From an uncultured Archaeoglobaceae archaeon (GTDB taxonomy: Archaea; Halobacteriota; Archaeoglobi; Archaeoglobales; Archaeoglobaceae): a stretch of 64,000 nt of DNA. The translations under genes were made by a program, and so were the position numbers. Location of the stretch: assembly GCA_965541645.1 (NCBI GenBank), contig CBEUCM010000004.1, positions 767 through 64,766 on the forward strand, given 5' to 3'. A model generated the notes under the pieces. It was not told the origin of the DNA. It made no database searches and worked only from the letters and a program-made list of their open reading frames with translations. Shown here one piece after another: positions 60,781 through 64,000 of this stretch. Position 1 is the stretch's first letter; every line of letters begins with the position of its first letter.

Positions 60781-62387
60781 TGGAACTCCCACTCTATGAA
60801 CGGCTCCTCCAGATCCACCATTGCGTTGACCATCAGCTCCACTAAGCCGCCGTAGTATATGCTGCACTTTTCGGGAGCGTTGTAGTAGTCGAGCATATCT
60901 CTGATCGCTCCCTTGCAGTTGCTGCACGGAGCGCAGACGTACTTGTTGATGTCGGGAGATATGCAGTCCTGGAAGGCTTCGAGGATTTGCTTGAACTTCA
61001 TTCTTGATGCAACTGCATTTCTCCACTCCGGGAAGTTCATGGACTGCATTATCGCAAACCCGCTCCCTCCTCCGCAGCAGTAGTTGTAAACACCATGTGG
61101 CTCCATCTCCCTGAACTGCGGGCAGATTTCGTGCAGAATCTTTCTCTGAGGCTCAACGACACCCATCAGCCTCACCATGTTGCACGGATCATGCAGCGTT
61201 ACTGGGAAGTTGTTTTTCTCCGGATCGAAGTTGATCTTCTTCTTCCTGACAATGTCCCACAGTATTGGCATGCAGCTCTCCCTTGGTATGTTGTATTCAT
61301 CGGCCAAAACTCTGTCCGCTACAACCGATATTGCCTTGTGCGCATGCCCGCACTCTCCAACGACTATTTTCTCAACCTCAAGCTTGGCTGCGATTTCAGT
61401 GTGCTTTGTTGCAACTCTTGCCAGCTGCACGTCGTCATACCACACTCCATAGTTGACAGCATCGTACGCAACCTGCTCGCTGCTGAGTGTCCAGCTTATT
61501 CCAGCCTCCTCGAACAGGATGGCGAAGGCTGCCGGATTTTCGGGCCAGCTCAGATACTCTCCCGCATTGTGGATCAGCAGAATTTCCGCACCCTTCTCAT
61601 CAACTGGAATCTTTATCCTTCTTCCCAGCTTCTCCTCAATGTCATCTTCAATGAACTCTATGATGTCCTTGAAGCCTTCTGGCGTTAAACCGGTCGATGA
61701 CCCTTTCTGGAGATGCTGCACGGTTCCAAGCTCGTGCAGAGCTTTTGGAGCTATCCCCATCTCCTGACTGAAGAGCTTCCTTATTTCGTGGCTTATCAGC
61801 CCGTTATCAACACCTATCGGGCATGTTTGAGTGCACCTCCTGCAGAGTGTGCAGCGATAGGCATCTTCAGCTAACCTGAGAATTGTGTTGGCGTTGAGAT
61901 CTATATCTCCGGTGAGCTTGGCCTTTATTTTCCCCCCTGGAGTGAGGTACTTCTTGATTATCCTCCTGAGCACCTCGGCCCTGTAGGTGGGACGATACAC
62001 TTCCTTCCTGCCTGATGAGATGTAGATTGGGCAAGCATCACTGCAGGTCTGGCAGCGTGCACAGTACTCAATACTGAGCATCAAGGGCTGCAGAAAGGTC
62101 CAGTTGTTCTCCTTGTCCAGAAGTTTCTGCAACCCGCTGAGGAATTTTTTAATCAGCTCCTCCTCTTCTTCCTTGGTTTTGGGCTTCCAGGGAAGATCTA
62201 TGGCGATATACCCATCAAGATCTGTTGCGTATCTATCTCTCCAGTCGGGAGTTGGCTCTGTCAGTTCAGGCTCCTCCCCCGGCTTGTCGTAGGGTGGTGG
62301 GAGGGGCATGAGATCGTCAAGTGTAAGTTTTACCAGCTGCTCAGCGGGTTTTGAAATGTCCTCAATTTTCACCTTCTCCCTGACCAT
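60777..62387 (-). CDS. DsrK/HmeD paralog (Fe-S/CCG oxidoreductase)
   Basis: CARCQTCSDAC, CTLCRRC.QTCP, GECGH, HDPC, CCGGGSG, CSNC. Confidence 0.88.
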   Translation of the reverse strand: MVREKVKIEDISKPAEQLVKLTLDDLMPLPPPYDKPGEEPELTEPTPDWRDRYATDLDGYIAIDLPWKPKTKEEEEELIKKFLSGLQKLLDKENNWTFLQPLMLSIEYCARCQTCSDACPIYISSGRKEVYRPTYRAEVLRRIIKKYLTPGGKIKAKLTGDIDLNANTILRLAEDAYRCTLCRRCTQTCPIGVDNGLISHEIRKLFSQEMGIAPKALHELGTVQHLQKGSSTGLTPEGFKDIIEFIEDDIEEKLGRRIKIPVDEKGAEILLIHNAGEYLSWPENPAAFAILFEEAGISWTLSSEQVAYDAVNYGVWYDDVQLARVATKHTEIAAKLEVEKIVVGECGHAHKAISVVADRVLADEYNIPRESCMPILWDIVRKKKINFDPEKNNFPVTLHDPCNMVRLMGVVEPQRKILHEICPQFREMEPHGVYNYCCGGGSGFAIMQSMNFPEWRNAVASRMKFKQILEAFQDCISPDINKYVCAPCSNCKGAIRDMLDYYNAPEKCSIYYGGLVELMVNAMVDLEEPFIEWEFH

Positions 62388-62403
62388 CCAACCACCTCAC
62401 TCC

Positions 62404-63369
62404 TTACTCCTCCTTCTTCTTCCAGACATCAATTTCGTTGGGGCTGACCTTCAGCACCTCATCTGCCCACGTCATCCCCGGTTTCATGTGTGGAGCGCTC
62501 CAGCTGATCTTGTACTTCAGCACCTCTTTCACCGCCTTCTCTATTTCACTGCCTCTCAAGTTTGGCTCATCCTCCCACAGCACCTTGTGGTAGGTGAAGT
62601 ACTTGCCAATGAAGTGGGTCATCTTGGTGAAGGGCAGGTAGAGGAAGAGCAGCGAGAGCAGGGTTACATGGACAACTGTAGCTCCGCTAACCTCTGGAGG
62701 TGTGCTGAATGTGATTAGCGATTTCATGAAGGCTCTTGCAACTGCAAAGTCTCTGTCGTACTGCCACGCTGCAATGCCAGTAACAACAACCGCCAGAATG
62801 AAAAGGAGGTTGAAGTAGTCAATTGGTGCGCTGTAGCTTCTCATTCCCTCATCGCTGAGCCTTCTGAAGAGCAAACCGAGGCCGAAAACAAACATCAAAG
62901 CCATGGCGAGTACACCAACAATTAGCGTCAGGTAGTAGATTAGGGGAGAAAGCCAAGATAGCGCTCCAAGCTGCTGCACTGCCTGACTGCCAATTGGATA
63001 TCCTGCAACCTCGAAAACAGCACCGATGAAAACGAGCACGAACCAGGCCAGTATCAGGTAGATTCCGGTGTGGAAGGGGTAGGTGAACCACCACAGAGGG
63101 CGCTTGTACTCAAACACTCTCTTTATGAAGAGCATTTCCATGAACATGTCTTTAAGTTCTCCAACGAGCGTAGTCTCCCTTGGCTTCTTCCACCAGTCCA
63201 CCTCCTCAAAGTAGCTTCCTCCGTACTCCGCCCTTCCCTTTTCATGAGGTACCGGGTACAGCTCCCACCTGAGGTGTGTCGGCATCGTCGCATACTGTAC
63301 AGCCTTTGCAAGCACTACAAGTACGAAGACCGTAAACGAGAAATAAACCAAAGCCTGCAGCCAGATCAT
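62404..63369 (-). CDS. DsrM/NarI-like cytochrome b paralog
   Basis: PTHLRWELYP, WWFTYPFH.G, LPFTKMTH; multiple TM helices. Confidence 0.88.
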   Translation of the reverse strand: MIWLQALVYFSFTVFVLVVLAKAVQYATMPTHLRWELYPVPHEKGRAEYGGSYFEEVDWWKKPRETTLVGELKDMFMEMLFIKRVFEYKRPLWWFTYPFHTGIYLILAWFVLVFIGAVFEVAGYPIGSQAVQQLGALSWLSPLIYYLTLIVGVLAMALMFVFGLGLLFRRLSDEGMRSYSAPIDYFNLLFILAVVVTGIAAWQYDRDFAVARAFMKSLITFSTPPEVSGATVVHVTLLSLLFLYLPFTKMTHFIGKYFTYHKVLWEDEPNLRGSEIEKAVKEVLKYKISWSAPHMKPGMTWADEVLKVSPNEIDVWKKKEE

Positions 63370-63485
63370 ACTGCACCTCCTGTGTTTTTTCTGGCTTTCC
63401 TGAGCAAATATAAAAATGTTTTCTTTTGTGCTGGTCTCAAACTGAAGCGTAGTAAAGTATAAGTAATGAAGAATCTACCGCCTCT

Positions 63486-64000
63486 ATGAGTGAGGTAAAA
63501 TTTGGCATGGTTCTTTCAGCCCCGATGCCCTCACTCGATAGGGTGATGAGAATTGCAGAGATGAGCGAAAGCAGTGGTATGAAATCACTGGTATTACCGG
63601 ATCACACCCTTATGGTGCCTCCCGGTTTCACTCCAAATGCCCTTGCCCTCCTTTCTGTTCTTGCCGTGAAAACGAAAACAGCCATGCTCGGCACCGGAGT
63701 CACGGATTTTGCACGCTATCACCCTTCTCTGCTTGCACAGTTCTTTGCAACCTTGGATCATCTCTCGAATGGCAGGGTTTTTCTGGGAGTGGGTGCTGGA
63801 GAGGCGATGAACATAAAGCCCTTTGGCATAGACTGGGGTAAACCCTACACGATTTTGAGGGAGGGGATTGAAATCGTCAAGAGGCTGTGGAAGGGAGAGA
63901 AGTTCTCCTACGAGGGAAAGAAGTTCAGGCTTGAAAATGCATTTCTTCAGATCAAACCCCAGAGAGACATACCGGTTTATGTTGGTGCCAATGGCGTAAA
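63486..64000 (+). CDS. Luciferase-like (LLM) F420/flavin-dependent oxidoreductase, 3'-truncated
   Basis: Hand-translated MSEVKFGMV...PDH...LGTGVT...HPSLLAQ..ATLD.LS.GR..LGVGAGE; open to the window end. Confidence 0.88.
   Translation, partial: MSEVKFGMVLSAPMPSLDRVMRIAEMSESSGMKSLVLPDHTLMVPPGFTPNALALLSVLAVKTKTAMLGTGVTDFARYHPSLLAQFFATLDHLSNGRVFLGVGAGEAMNIKPFGIDWGKPYTILREGIEIVKRLWKGEKFSYEGKKFRLENAFLQIKPQRDIPVYVGANGV

Noticed and set aside
1-64000. Box C/D sRNAs, Sec/Pyl read-through and split genes
   Set aside because: No convincing C/D box pairs in the intergenic gaps and no in-frame-stop gene pairs were seen; a covariance-model scan would be needed to exclude sRNAs.

Overview
Archaeal chromosomal window whose gene content (Hme/DsrMKJOP, gyrB, nadA-nadX-nadC, archaeal aroK, MCM, aIF2alpha, Nop10, Spt5, FtsZ) points to an Archaeoglobus-like sulfate reducer; the taxon is inferred from family recognition, not from a search. 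Most of the window is dense housekeeping and energy-metabolism DNA: primase, NAD/PLP/thiamine synthesis, a beta-oxidation/ETF cluster, the five-gene Hme operon plus a second DsrMK pair, one tRNA-Gln(CTG) and six KaiC/RecA-like ATPase genes. No CRISPR array, transposase or intein was seen. The stand-out region is an AT-rich block at about 45.56-50.03 kb between pyrK and gyrB. It holds a 21-codon ORF missing from the ORF track (strong SD, TTGA-coupled to a UbiA prenyltransferase), converging on a KaiC ATPase - Roadblock-like - FIST-like operon. The two promoter regions share a near-identical 20/21-nt motif, and a small winged-helix regulator and a 540-bp repeat-bearing non-coding tract follow. 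As an inference, this may be an undescribed archaeal prenylated-peptide or lipid signalling module. Other small ORFs absent from the track, a candidate operator palindrome and several catalytic-motif deviations are also reported.
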